Positions 27,912 through 41,404 of a stretch of DNA of 64,000 bases are shown piece after piece. The notes beneath the pieces were generated by a model that made no database searches, was not told where the DNA came from, and worked only from the letters and a program-made list of their open reading frames with translations. The stretch comes from Octopus vulgaris. Its lineage: Eukaryota. Made by a program: the position numbers and the translations under genes. The DNA lies in the NCBI GenBank assembly GCA_951406725.2, contig OX597818.1, positions 56,854,001 through 56,918,000 of the forward strand, in the 5' to 3' direction. The number at the start of each line of letters is the position of its first letter. Position 1 is the stretch's first letter.

Positions 27912-28599
27912 CTTTCAAAATTTCTATTTTGCTTTATTTTGTTATTTTGTTTTTTATTTTTTTTTTCACCTATTCACTTGTGTAGATTTGCAATAGAACA
28001 CGAGAGAACATGTTTCAGTGGCTGGAAGCATGTTGAATGATGTAAAACGGAGAGAAAAAACCTAGCAGAATTTTGCAATAATACACCTAAAACAAAATAT
28101 TTTTCTTGCATGGACCCCAACAAAACCTTATGTGGACCCTGGTTGAGAACCACCGATCTGTGATATATTTATTGCCACTGTCCCTGTATGTGTGTGTGTA
28201 CATGTGTATCTATGTTTGTGTGCACAAGTATGTGAGTGTGTGCGTGTGTGCATCTGTTTCTCCTTTTCTCGGCATTATGAGATCAGTGTAAACGAGTGCT
28301 GTGGTCATACGAATGATCTGATTTAGTTCCAATCTTCCGTGGAAACGGTTACCAATCTTCACCTGTTGATAAGGGTTATTATCAGGAACTACATACGGCT
28401 GTAGAAACTCTGCCTCAATGAATGAACTCTGTCAGCCAATCATGCAAAATATGAGGGCAACAGGTCATTCTTTTATTTGTTTCAGTCATAGGCTACTTAG
28501 ATATTTAAATTGTAGGCAACTTAAATATTTAAAAAATCGATATTGTAGCCTCTAGAGTGATGGGAAATCAACAATAGATGTTTCCTATTCATTTACATT

Positions 28600-29792
28600 A
28601 ATCAGCTGTTTTATAATCTGTAGGGTCTTCCATACATTTTTAATCTTTTATAAAACTGAAAGGATTTTGTCTATTTATTTCCACTGTCCACTAGGACCAC
28701 CAAATGCATACATTTCCACAATTCTCAACCGATTTCCACCAAACTTTACACACACATTACTTATGTCCCAAAGATGGTCATGCACTAAACATTTTGCCCA
28801 GAGCTCCTGTGTAAATAAAACCTAAATGTTTTTTGGTATGTAGGATCTTCCATACTTTTTTAATCTTTTTATAAAAGTGAAAGGATTTTATCTATTTATT
28901 TCGGGTGTCCACCTGCTATGGTGATTAAATTAACTAGGAATATTGTATGCGATGAATATCCAATACCAAACAATCTTAATCTCCATATTTAAACTGCATT
29001 AAACTTTGACAACCTTACCTTTACCTATTCTGAGTTACTTGAAAGGTGATGTTCCATTCCCTCTCTTCTATTTGTTGGTACCTTTGTTTACCTACCAGTG
29101 CATTGTTTCACTTTAAGGATGCTTATTTAGCCATCCATTATGATATTTTGACTGTTGTCCATTGTTTCAAATACGTTTTAGCATTGTTGTTCTAACCTTT
29201 TTTTAACCAATTATATATGATTCATCTCAAAGAATCAACCTTTAAATAAGAGTTTTGCTTCCACTAGCAAAAGCTACATGTATCTTTCAGAAAGCTCCAT
29301 ACAAATTTAAGTTTATGCAACATTTGCTGTTAGTTTATGCGCAGGCTATGTAGGAAGACAGAATAAAGGGGCTTTTGTTAGTTTATATCTCTGAAAAAAA
29401 AATAGGCCCTTTTCCTGTTGAAGAAAATAAACTTGCAGAGGGGAAGTTTCAACATCTTCCTTCAATTTCCTTACACCATTTATGTGGCTGTTTCTGACAA
29501 GAAATTTCGTTTTCATGTAAGACAACTCTATTTTGTAGTCATTACCTGTAATCTATTCCGAAAACACTTCAGTAGCATTACTTTGCATCACTTGCAAACT
29601 TATACGTTCTATGATCATCAAAGTGCAACGACCTCCACAATAACCAGCCTTCAATATGATTTTCCATTCCTAGGTTAATTGGAAATGTAGGTTGCTGTGG
29701 GACTCATAAACCTTCTCGGTAGTTCAATTATTTGGTGAGAAAAATACCACCAGATCAACTTAAACCATCCAAAGGGCGGGTATGTTTGCTAA
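28600..29792 (+). mobile_element. Possible old Helitron-like element
   Basis: accgatttccaccaaactttacacac motif, internal duplication 28619-28692 / 28839-28914, and a 3' end gggcgggtatgtttgctaa resembling a Helitron terminus. Confidence 0.35.
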
Positions 29793-29796
29793 TATA

Positions 29797-30188
29797 TCTC
29801 TATATATAAAAAGCTTAAGTTGTCTGTGTATGGCAGGTTTGGTAGCCTTCAACTAACACATCTCCTCCGAGACCCTGCGACGCAAGTTGACCAAAAATGA
29901 GAGTATGATAGAAGAAGGCTTGCTCTTCCTTCCGTAGAAGAAAAAATTCAAATCGGACCATGTTAACACCAAAAATTATTTAGATGAAAAAGGTGCTTTT
30001 TTTCTATGAAAATCCCTACTTTTTAACGATTTTTTGACTGCTGTGTCGCCATTTTTTGGTGTATTTCAACCAGAAAAATGTTCGCTTAAAGAGAATAACA
30101 AGCTACATAACGCAAAATTTTTACTTTTCATAAATTCCAATTCTAAAGGGTCGAAACAAACCCGAGCAACGTTGGGCGATACTGCCAG
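29797..30188 (+). mobile_element. Non-autonomous Helitron
   Basis: 5' TC-tctatatataaa. 3' hairpin cccgagcaacgttggg followed by a CTAG-like ccag. Inserted between A and T with no TSD. Confidence 0.65.
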
Positions 30189-30699
30189 TATATGTATATG
30201 CTTGTGTGTCTGTGCTTTTCCTCCCCAGCCTCGCTTGACAACCAGTGTGTGTGCATTTATCTACATACGTCTATGTTTATATTTGTGGCATATATAGTTA
30301 CATTAGCCATGTGCATTTTGTACACATGGAAACAATAAGAGGAAACAGTAAGAATAAACAAAACCAACGTTCATGAGAAAATACACACCTCAACACATGT
30401 CACCCAACTTCGTTAAAACAGGTATATACGCATGCAAATATCACAGTAAACATACATTTAGACATACAACAACACACATGCACACACACACACACACATA
30501 CACACATTCTGTGTTCTACTTGAATGAAGATTGATCTGTACTGTTATATTTTTTATCTAATTAATGTGTGTGTCCGTGTGTCCACGTGTGCACATGTATA
30601 TGCATGTGTATAAGTGTGATTTTAGGTTCACCTACATACGTACTTGCCTCTATTTGTATATTTATCTTTGTTTATAAGCATTGTTGAGTGGTTGAGTGG

Positions 30700-31996
<1,297 letters not shown>

Positions 31997-34900
31997 TAAC
32001 TTAGAATAACTTAGAATAAGTTATTCTTGACTAGCTATAATGAATCTAGCAAAAGAACTGGAAAAAAACATCCGAGCTATCACCCACCGCCATCCACCAC
32101 TATTACCCCACTACACATGCCATTAAAAAGCAATCAAATAAACAAATCACCAAAACAATTAAAACCATCCACTCTCGCCTCAACATTTCTGCTTAATGCC
32201 CAAGGCATCAGCCCTTCCACCAATACACAAAAATGGAAGATAAGATTCCTGGAGGACTGGGTCGAGGCCCATCCAAACCACATCCCTTTCTTCGTCCTCA
32301 CTGAAACCCATCTTAGTGACCTCCACTTGGAAGCCGAGGTGAAAGTTAAAAATTTCAAAACCATTCGTGCTGATCGTGTTGGCAGAAGAAAGGGTGGGAC
32401 TGCCATTTATGTCCATGATTCATTCTCAACAGAAGCCATGAACATATTTTCGAATGGATACTGCGAAGCAGTCGCTGTATTCAGTCAAACCAACAACTTA
32501 ACAGTAGTTGGGCTCTACAGACCACCCCAAACGCCCCTACCATGCTTCAAGGAATGCCTCAACAGCATAAAGTGTTTCATTCAGCAGTGTCAACCTGACA
32601 ACATTTTAATGATGGGAGATTTCAACCTTCCCGGGGTTGACTGGTCTACAAACAGTCTGTCGCCAGGTTCTTCTCTCTCAACCCCTGACAGGGAGGCAGT
32701 GGAATCGCTTCTTGACTTCATGGATGACTTCTTCTTGTCCCAACTGGTACTCGAACCAACGAGATATCACAAAAACGTCTTAGACTTAATTTTCAGCAAT
32801 CACACTGATACTATCCACAATATTGCAGTGGAGAAAACCCTACTCTCCGACCATGACATGGTTCTCTGTGATCTGAGATTTCACTGGCCAAAATGCAAAA
32901 CAAATGTCATCCCTCCTGTTCATCCATTTGACACTATGGATTTCCACAATGCAAACTGGGAAGCGATCAATAATGATCTTGCACAAGTCGATTGGTCCTT
33001 CACGCACACATACACACCCACTAACATCAAAAAGTCCTGGCAGTCACTTGTAGACACCATCACGAACATATGTGCAAGACACACCCCATTAAGATCTGCA
33101 AACAAATCTAAGTGTCGAATCCCTAGAAATAGAAAATCTCTCATAAGGAAAATTAAAAGAATCAACAAAAAGATCAACATGCTGAAATACTGTCAACAGC
33201 AACACACCAACCTGACTGCCATCTCGTCGCTAGAGATTAAAAAACATAAACTCCAAAACAACATGATGTCTATCATCAATAGTCAGCGAAGAGCTGAAGA
33301 GGCCTGGGCCATTGAGAAGATCAAACTCAATCCCAAAGTGTTCTTTTCATTTGCAAAAAAACACAGAGTCACTGGTTCTACTGTTGGCCCTCTGATTGAT
33401 GAAAATGGTATTCTTCAAGACAATGCCAAAACCATGGGAGAAATATTGCAGAAACAATATTGCTCTGTTTTCAGCAATCCTGATATGACTGATCTGGGCT
33501 GTATCAGTGATGTTACTCCCCAATACACTTTATCGGACATAACATTTGGCGCTCCTGATGTCTTAGCAGCAATAAAGGAAATGAAGCATAATTCAGCAGT
33601 AGGTCCCGATAGGTTCCCTGCTTGTGTCTTGAAGATGTGTCAAAACCAACTTGCACCCCCTCTAGCCAATCTGTGGCGGAACTCATTGGATGCTGGATAT
33701 ATACCAGAAGACCTTCTATCCCAGTCTGTTGTCCCAGTTTTCAAAAAAGGAAACAAATCGCTTGCCGTGAATTACCGTCCAATCTCACTCACCTCTCATA
33801 TCATCAAGGTATTTGAGAGGGTGCTGAGATCGCGTATGACTCACTTCCTTGAGAGTCATAATATGCTGAACCCCAACCAGCATGGATTCCGTAATGGGAG
33901 AGATTGCCTGACGCAGCTACTGCATCATTTTGATGACATTTTGAGAGCCTTGGGAGAGGGTTCCAACACTGATGTCATCTACCTTGATTTCAGCAAGGCC
34001 TTTGACAGGGTTGATCATAAGATCCTTCTGAGAAAGCTGTCCAATATTGGTGTCACTGGAAAGCTGCTGCAATGGATCAAGTGCTTCCTCTCTAACAGAA
34101 CCCAACATGTTGTAGTCGAAGGAGTCAAATCCAGCCCAGCCAAAGTCAGCAGTGGTGTCCCACAAGGCACTGTGTTGGGCCCACTTCTCTTCATCATCTA
34201 CATAAATGATATTACTGACACCATCAAACACAGCAACATCAGAACCTTCGCTGATGATTCCAAGCTCCAGAAGGTCATCAATGGCGTGGATGACCGAATA
34301 AACCTTCAGTCAGACCTACTAGCTGTTGTCCAATGGGCGGAAAAGAATAACATGTTGCTAAATGAAGACAAATTCGAACTGATCCACTTTGGAAGGGAGG
34401 ACGCTCTGAAACTCCCATACTCTCTTCCTTCTGGAGAAATTCTCATGGCATCCAACAACATCAGAGACCTGGGAGTAACAGTGGACAACAACATAAGCTG
34501 GGCTACACATATAAGCAGCAAAGTTGACATGGCCCGCAGAATGTGTTCCTGGATTCTCAGAACCTTCCAGTCGAGAGATTCCCACGCTATTATCCTTCTC
34601 TTCTCCACTTTTGCCCGACCCCACCTTGAATACTGCTGTCCACTGTGGTCTCCCTACACAAAACAAAATATTATGAGAATTGAAGCTCCCCAAAGGTCAA
34701 TCACAAAAAAGATAGATGGCATGTCAGACCTTGACTACTGGGGTAGACTAGAGAAGCTGAAATTGTATTCACTCCAACGACGCCGTGAACGCTACATTAT
34801 CTGTATGATGTGGAAAATATTCCATCAGCACTGTCCGAATGATGTTGGCATCACCTTCAAAATGCATCCAAGGCTTGGACCACGTGCCATCCGTCCACAA

Positions 34901-35222
34901 CAAAAATCTAAATCGCATCACATAACGACAATACGGCACAACTATTTCACCTCAATTGGACCCGCTCTCTTCAACATTACACCAGGACACGTCAAAAAAG
35001 AAACTGACCACACAAAATTCAAGAAGTCTTTGGACAAATTCCTTCAAACAGTACCGGACAAACCATCCACACCCGGATATGTCTCCGCAAACAATAACTC
35101 TCTGCTCGAATGGGCCTTGGTGCCCAAATCCTGAACTGAAAGACTTCGCCAGGTGGTGCTATTAAGTTAGACATGGCCTGGGCCAATACTGGCCAAAAAC
35201 CTTTCTAAGTTATTCTAAGTTA
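31997..35222 (+). mobile_element. CR1-group non-LTR retrotransposon (ORF2 only) with 20-bp terminal inverted repeats
   Basis: Intact APE-RT ORF, short 3' UTR and a (TTCTAAGTTA)2 tail. The 5' end is the exact reverse complement of the tail. (TA)n on both sides. Confidence 0.93.
32027..35134 (+). CDS. LINE ORF2: apurinic-type endonuclease plus reverse transcriptase (1035 aa; first ATG at 32117)
   Basis: APE motifs LNAQG, LTETHL, GGTAIYV, YRPP, GDFN, LDL, SDH. RT motifs NYRPISLTS, QHGFR, YLDFSKAFD, GVPQGTVLGP, FADD, DLGV. CR1-type RPHLEYC..WSP and SLQRRR. No stops or frameshifts. Confidence 0.95.
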   Translation: MTSYNESSKRTGKKHPSYHPPPSTTITPLHMPLKSNQINKSPKQLKPSTLASTFLLNAQGISPSTNTQKWKIRFLEDWVEAHPNHIPFFVLTETHLSDLHLEAEVKVKNFKTIRADRVGRRKGGTAIYVHDSFSTEAMNIFSNGYCEAVAVFSQTNNLTVVGLYRPPQTPLPCFKECLNSIKCFIQQCQPDNILMMGDFNLPGVDWSTNSLSPGSSLSTPDREAVESLLDFMDDFFLSQLVLEPTRYHKNVLDLIFSNHTDTIHNIAVEKTLLSDHDMVLCDLRFHWPKCKTNVIPPVHPFDTMDFHNANWEAINNDLAQVDWSFTHTYTPTNIKKSWQSLVDTITNICARHTPLRSANKSKCRIPRNRKSLIRKIKRINKKINMLKYCQQQHTNLTAISSLEIKKHKLQNNMMSIINSQRRAEEAWAIEKIKLNPKVFFSFAKKHRVTGSTVGPLIDENGILQDNAKTMGEILQKQYCSVFSNPDMTDLGCISDVTPQYTLSDITFGAPDVLAAIKEMKHNSAVGPDRFPACVLKMCQNQLAPPLANLWRNSLDAGYIPEDLLSQSVVPVFKKGNKSLAVNYRPISLTSHIIKVFERVLRSRMTHFLESHNMLNPNQHGFRNGRDCLTQLLHHFDDILRALGEGSNTDVIYLDFSKAFDRVDHKILLRKLSNIGVTGKLLQWIKCFLSNRTQHVVVEGVKSSPAKVSSGVPQGTVLGPLLFIIYINDITDTIKHSNIRTFADDSKLQKVINGVDDRINLQSDLLAVVQWAEKNNMLLNEDKFELIHFGREDALKLPYSLPSGEILMASNNIRDLGVTVDNNISWATHISSKVDMARRMCSWILRTFQSRDSHAIILLFSTFARPHLEYCCPLWSPYTKQNIMRIEAPQRSITKKIDGMSDLDYWGRLEKLKLYSLQRRRERYIICMMWKIFHQHCPNDVGITFKMHPRLGPRAIRPQQKSKSHHITTIRHNYFTSIGPALFNITPGHVKKETDHTKFKKSLDKFLQTVPDKPSTPGYVSANNNSLLEWALVPKS

Positions 35223-35780
35223 CATATATATATGTATATATATATGTATATATATATATATGTATATATACATATATATATGTATATATATATGTATATA
35301 TATATATATATGTATATATATATGTATATATATATGTATATATATATGTATATATATATGTATATATATATGTATATATATATGTATATATATATGTATA
35401 TATATATGTATATATATATGTATATATATATGTATATATATATGTATATATATATGTATATATATATGTATATATATATGTATATATATATGTATATATA
35501 TATGTATATATATATGTATATATATATGTATATATATATGTATATATATATGTATATATATATGTATATATATATGTATATATATATGTACATATATATA
35601 TGTATATATATATATGTGTATATATATATATGTATATATATATATATGTAGGGATGTATATATATGTATATATATGCAGAGATGTAAATGTGTGTGCATA
35701 TATATATATATATATGTATACATGCACACACATATATAGATATAAATGTTTATATGTATACATGCATATATGTATATATT
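35223..35780. repeat. (TATATATATATG)n 12-mer higher-order TA array
   Basis: Direct inspection. Confidence 0.95.
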
Positions 35781-35924
35781 AACGTGCATTTAGTACACAT
35801 GGAAACGCTAAGAGGAAACACTAAAAATATAAACATCATCACCTGCTTGATAATGTACACAACCTCCCCAACACACACACACATGCACACACACACACAC
35901 ACATGCACACACACACACACACAT

Positions 35925-35956
<32 letters not shown>

Positions 35957-36041
35957 TTAACAATAATAATAATACAAATATGCACAAACATTCTGTGTAA
36001 TACTTAAATGAAAATTGTCCTGTTGTTATTTTTTGCTTCAT

Positions 36042-36360
<319 letters not shown>

Positions 36361-36539
36361 ACTTTATGTACGCCTACATATGTACTTATCACAATTTGTG
36401 TCTCTGTTTTTACCGTGTTTCTAAGACATCGTCATGTGGGTGTGTGCACCTATACAAAATCACGAGATAGAATGACTTTGTCACCAATCAGTGGAGAAAG
36501 AACGGTTTTTCTATGAGTTCTTTAAGCAACGAGATAAAG

Positions 36540-37120
36540 ATTCTTGCATTGAGTTAACTCTTTGCCTGGCCGCTCTGTCATGTGCAATACACAAGACATC
36601 TTTCTCTTGCATCCATGCATCGTATACGATACATATTCCCAACTTTTTCCAACCACCAGAGTAACTTGGAACAGCTGGCCAGCTTCCATTCCATGTAGTC
36701 CATAACAAGATCATAGACCATGGAGTAGTTGCTGCATGGTTCCCTTCCCAGCTTGAGTCATTGGGGCTAGATCAAAGGAACGGTAAAAGCCTGCATGATA
36801 TGACAGTTTTCCCATTCCATGATGGTAAGTGCCCCTCCATCATGTGGGATGCCACACACCTTCTCCAATGGCAACTTGGTGTTGTCAGCTACCAGCCCAG
36901 AGTCTGCTACTTGCCAGGCTGAGAAAAACAAATGGTCAAAGAATTGGTAACTCTCTGACAGGTTTGCAGTCAAGCCTGTGGCAGTTGAGATCTCCAGCGT
37001 TCTCAGCCCCTGGGCCATATCCCTGCTCACTACTATTGGGGCAGAGATGGCTGTCTGCCAATGTGAGCCCTATGAGTGCAAATAACTGTTTAACACATCC
37101 CCCTCGTTACCCTCTGGTGC
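36540..37120 (+). pseudogene. Decayed CRE-clade non-LTR element, restriction-like endonuclease domain
   Basis: Reads ESLGLDQRNGKSLHDMTVFPFHDGKCPSIMWDAT..AEKNK..K..LSDRFAVKPVAVEISSVL across frameshifts. This matches the EP.GL...GKRPDG.T..P...G....WD.T / AE..K..KY / P.AVET.G pattern. Confidence 0.6.
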
Positions 37121-37236
37121 AACACCTTTTCCCTTTTGTCTGCTGGGGCCATGAGAAATATTTCTAAATTTTAGAAATATTTCTAAATATTTCTAAATAA
37201 AGGCAAGATTCTCTGTTAATCCTTCTATTTATTCTT

Positions 37237-37630
37237 TTATTCTTTCACTTGTTTCAGTCATTTGACTACGGCCATGCTGGAGCACTGCCCTTAGTTGATC
37301 AAATCGACCTCAGGATTTCTTTTTGTAAGCCTAGTACTTATTCTAGTGCTTAGTTATTGGGACATAAACGCACCAGTATTGGTTGTCAAGTGATGTTGGG
37401 GGGGGGGGGACAAACACAGACACACAAATATATACACACACATACATATATATATACATATATATACGATGGGCTTTTTTCAGTTTCTGTCTACAAAATC
37501 CACTCACAAGGCTTTGGTTGCCTCAAGGCTATAGTAGAAGACACTTGCTCAAGGTGCTACGCAGTGGGACTGAACCTGGAACCATGTAGTTGGTAAGCAA
37601 GCTCCTTGCCACACAGCCACTCCTGCACCT
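37237..37630 (-). mobile_element. SINE family A
   Basis: Match with an internal deletion. Confidence 0.85.
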
Positions 37631-38467
37631 ACATATAATCACCTTTGTATATCTCTTCCTTCTTTTGTTTTATGAATATTCTCTCTCTCTCTCTCCCCCC
37701 TTTGCACAGAAAGCTTTATATTACTCAGGATGTATGAGACAAGGGCTGACCAAAAGCTTGAAAATAATCATGGGTGTTTAGGACAAACTTATAAAAATGC
37801 CCTTGACAGGCAAAGGGTTGAGAGTCAGTGCATAAACAGACAAAATAACCCCCATGATGCTTGCAACACAGCGGCAAACAGATCTTAAGAATTTGGTGAC
37901 CACCAGACTATAGAGCATGGTGACCTGTCAAAGATCTTCTCCAGGTTGATGACGAATGGTAGCTATAGTATCTCCTGTTATCTTCTATTACTTGTTTCAG
38001 TCATTGGATTGCAGCCATGCTGGAGCAATGCCTCGAAGGGTTTCAGTTGAACAAATCAACTCCAGGACTTTTAAGTTTCCTTTTTAAGTTCAGTACTTAT
38101 TCTCTCGGGCTCTTCTGCTGGATTACTAAGTTATGAGGACGTAAACAAACCATCACTGGTTGTTACGGGTGCTTAATACATGGCACCAACATGGGTGCTT
38201 TATATATGACATCATGGGTGCTTTATAAGTGGCACCAGGACGGGTGCTTTTTATTTGGTGTCAGCATGGATGCTTTCCATGTGGCACCAGGAGGGATGCT
38301 TTTTAGATGGCACCAGTATGTTTGAATAATGAAATATCTTTAGCATTTCAGTGACCATCCTTGACGAGTCATTTACTTCTCATTCCTTCATAACCATGAT
38401 GATGTGTTTTTGACCATCCAAGTGCCACTTCCTGTAGTTGGTCCCTCTGTATCTTCATGGGTTACAT

Positions 38468-39194
38468 CAGTGGTTCCCAAACGTTTTCAGGCTGCTGCCC
38501 CCTTGATTCTAAGGCCACATCCCTAGTGCCCCCTCCCCACTCACCCTCACAGACATAAACCATTTTCGGCAACAAATTCAAAACAACAGTATTCCACAAA
38601 TAAGACTTGACCTACTTAACCCTTTATTTTGTTTGTGTTTTTTACATATATTGCCTCGTTTTGGTGACCCCATTATCGTCCCATTTTTCTTCAACAGCCT
38701 CTGAATCTTTCCACTGTCCCTCCCAGTTGGGTATGATACCTATTTCTTTACTATCCACAAGGGGCTAAACACAGAGGGGACAAACAAGGACAGACAAACT
38801 GATTAAGTCGATTATATCGACCCCAGTGCATAACTGGTACTTATTTAATCAGTCCCGAAAGGATGAAAGGCAAAGTCGACCTCGGTGGAATTTGAACTCA
38901 GGACTTACCGGCAGACGAAATACCTATTTCTTTACTACCCACAAGGAGCTAAACACAGAGAGGACAAACAAGGACAGACAAACGGATTAAGTTGATTATA
39001 TCAACCCCAGTGCGTAACTGGTACTTATTTAATCGACCCTGAGAGGATGAAAGGCAAAGTCGACCTTGACGGAATTTGAACTCAGATCATAACGGCAGAC
39101 GAAATACCACTGAACATTTCCCCCGGCATGCTAACGTTTTTGCCAGCTCGCCACCTTAGTGGGGTATGATACCACCCACTTTTGGGAACCACTG
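38468..39194. mobile_element. hAT MITE with a nested tandem SINE B (38737-39157, minus)
   Basis: Same 14-bp TIR as 14288 and an 8-bp TSD, ggttacat. The nested SINE is flanked by a gggtatgatacc duplication. Confidence 0.9.
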
Positions 39195-39336
39195 GGTTAC
39201 ATCCTCTCTCTTACATGCATTTTCTTTATTCAACAAACCCTCACTGTGATATTTCCGTGCCTTATCTTAGTATCAGAGCAAGTGTGCCATTATCTTTCCA
39301 TACACTTCTTCATTTGGTGCCATACTCTCTTTTACA

Positions 39337-39556
39337 CTTTTACTTGTTTCAGTCATTTGACTGCGGCCATGCTGGAGCACCGCCTTTAGTCAAGCTAATC
39401 AACCTCAGGACTTATTCTTTGTAAGCCTAGTACTTATTCTATTGGTCTCTTTGCCGAACTGCTAAGTGACGGGGATGTAAACACACCAGCATTGGTTGTC
39501 AAGCGATGTTGGGAGGGGGCGGATAAACACAGACACACAAACTTATGCACACACAC

Positions 39557-39620
<64 letters not shown>

Positions 39621-40143
39621 AGTGAATTGAAGAAATGGAGTTGAACGAAGATTGAACAGAAATCGTTTTATTGCATTCTACACACGTGTTTCGAAAGGCA
39701 CAATTTACCAAATTGTGCCTTTCGAAACACGTGTAGAATGCAATAAAACGATTTCTGTTCAATCTTCGTTCAACTCCATTTCTTCAATTCACTAATAATA
39801 TTAAAATTCAATTATCCGCACCAACGCACGGTTGCAACACCATATGGTTGTACCTCCAACCGTGCTGTCTTCTGCTGTGATTTTTGCTACCAAGGTATCG
39901 GTTAAACTTTTGATTAATCTGCAACAAGATTATTCATCTTTCTATTTCACAAAATATATATATATATGTATATACATATATACGACGGGCTTCTTTTTAG
40001 TTTCCGTCTACCAAATCCACTCACAAGGCTTTGGTCGGCCTGAGGCTATAGTAGAAGACACTTGCCCAAGGTGCCACACAGTGGGACTGAACCTGGAACC
40101 ATGTGGTTGGTAAGCAAGCTACTTACCACACAGCCACTCCTAC
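39337..40143 (-). mobile_element. SINE family A with a Penelope-like insert (39613-39955) in its (TA)n
   Basis: The SINE halves flank the insert. Confidence 0.85.
39613..39801. repeat. Near-perfect ~92-bp-arm palindrome with a 3-nt loop
   Basis: Arms 39613-39706 and 39710-39801 differ by one 2-bp indel. Contains the hammerhead half-motif GAAA-CACGTG-TA. Confidence 0.95.
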
Positions 40144-40229
40144 ACCATGTCCAGAATATAGGAGGTCACAGATTATGTCCTGCCACAATTCTCTGTTTTC
40201 TGTAATAACCCCGCTTCCTGATTTTCTAT

Positions 40230-40515
40230 GCAACTTTCTTCCAACCAATTCATCAAGCTCAACATTCCTCTCATCCTTCTCCTTCCTCTGCTTCTTTTCC
40301 CTTCAGTCCTTCTGGTCATCATCATATTCTCCAGGCCCTCTTTTCTTATCACATGACCAAGAAATCTCAGTTGCTTGGCCCTTGACCCACGAAGCAGTTT
40401 CCTATTTACTGCAGTCCTGTGCCATTACTTCTTCGTTAGACACTTCGTCTATCCATGCTAGCCTCAATATTCTCCTTAAGAACCACATTTCACAGCTCTC
40501 CAAGCTTCTTCTAAT
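40230..40515 (-). pseudogene. RTE (BovB-like) ORF fragment
   Basis: LESCEMWFLRRILRLAWIDEVSNEEV..QLRFLGHVIRK. Confidence 0.75.
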
Positions 40516-40527
40516 TTCTGACATTAT

Positions 40528-41177
40528 AGAAGTGGTGAAACACGACCTTCGAACATTAGGCCTCACCGAGGCCATGACCAATGACCGAGAATTTTGGAAA
40601 TATGCTGTGCTTGAGAAGACCCGGCAAGCCACATGAGACCATAACCTTGTGGCCTATGCCAGGGGTGTAGCCAGCCCACTTATGCATACCTTCCCTTCAT
40701 TGGACACTGCTTGCAAAGACCTATTGAGGCAAGTGAAATTGGAATCGAAATCAAATTCAATGACTGGCATCTGTGCTAGTGGAGTGGTAAGAGCACCATC
40801 CGAGCGTGATCGTTGCCAGAGCAGCTAACTGGTATTCGTACTGGTGGCACCTAAAAAGCACCGTTCGAGTGTGATCGTTACCAGCATCATCTTACTGGCA
40901 CTTGTGCCAGTGTACAGGTGACACGTAAAAAAAAAAAACACGATTTTCCGTGACTGCTGCCAGTACCGCCTGACTGGCCCTCATGCCGGTGGTACGTAAA
41001 AGCACCCACTACACTCTCGGAGTGGCTGGCGTTAGGAAGGGCATCCAGCTGTAGAAACTCTTCCAAATCAAGATTGGATCCTGGTGCAGCCATCTGGTTC
41101 ACCAGTTGTCAGTCAAATCGTCCAACGCATGCTAGCATGGAAAGCAGATGTTAAACAACAACGATGACGATGATGAT
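40528..41177 (+). mobile_element. RTE LINE 3' end (ORF tail, 3' UTR and GAT tail)
   Basis: EVVKHDLRTLGLTEAMTNDREFWKYAV followed by the common 3' UTR. Confidence 0.85.
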
Positions 41178-41404
41178 ATAGCTTACCTCACTTCCATACA
41201 TTAGCCCAAGGTAGACATAGCAATTCAATACATGGATCTTGGTTTTGATGCTCAGTGTATGGTTTCTTAAGATGTCATTCATATTTGAAAATGCTGATTT
41301 TACCAGCACTTTTCAATGTTTCAGTCAGTTATGCTATTGTAAGACTGTGGTAGCTAAAACATACCACCTACTTACATTCATTTATATATTTTTAATTTTT
41401 TAAA

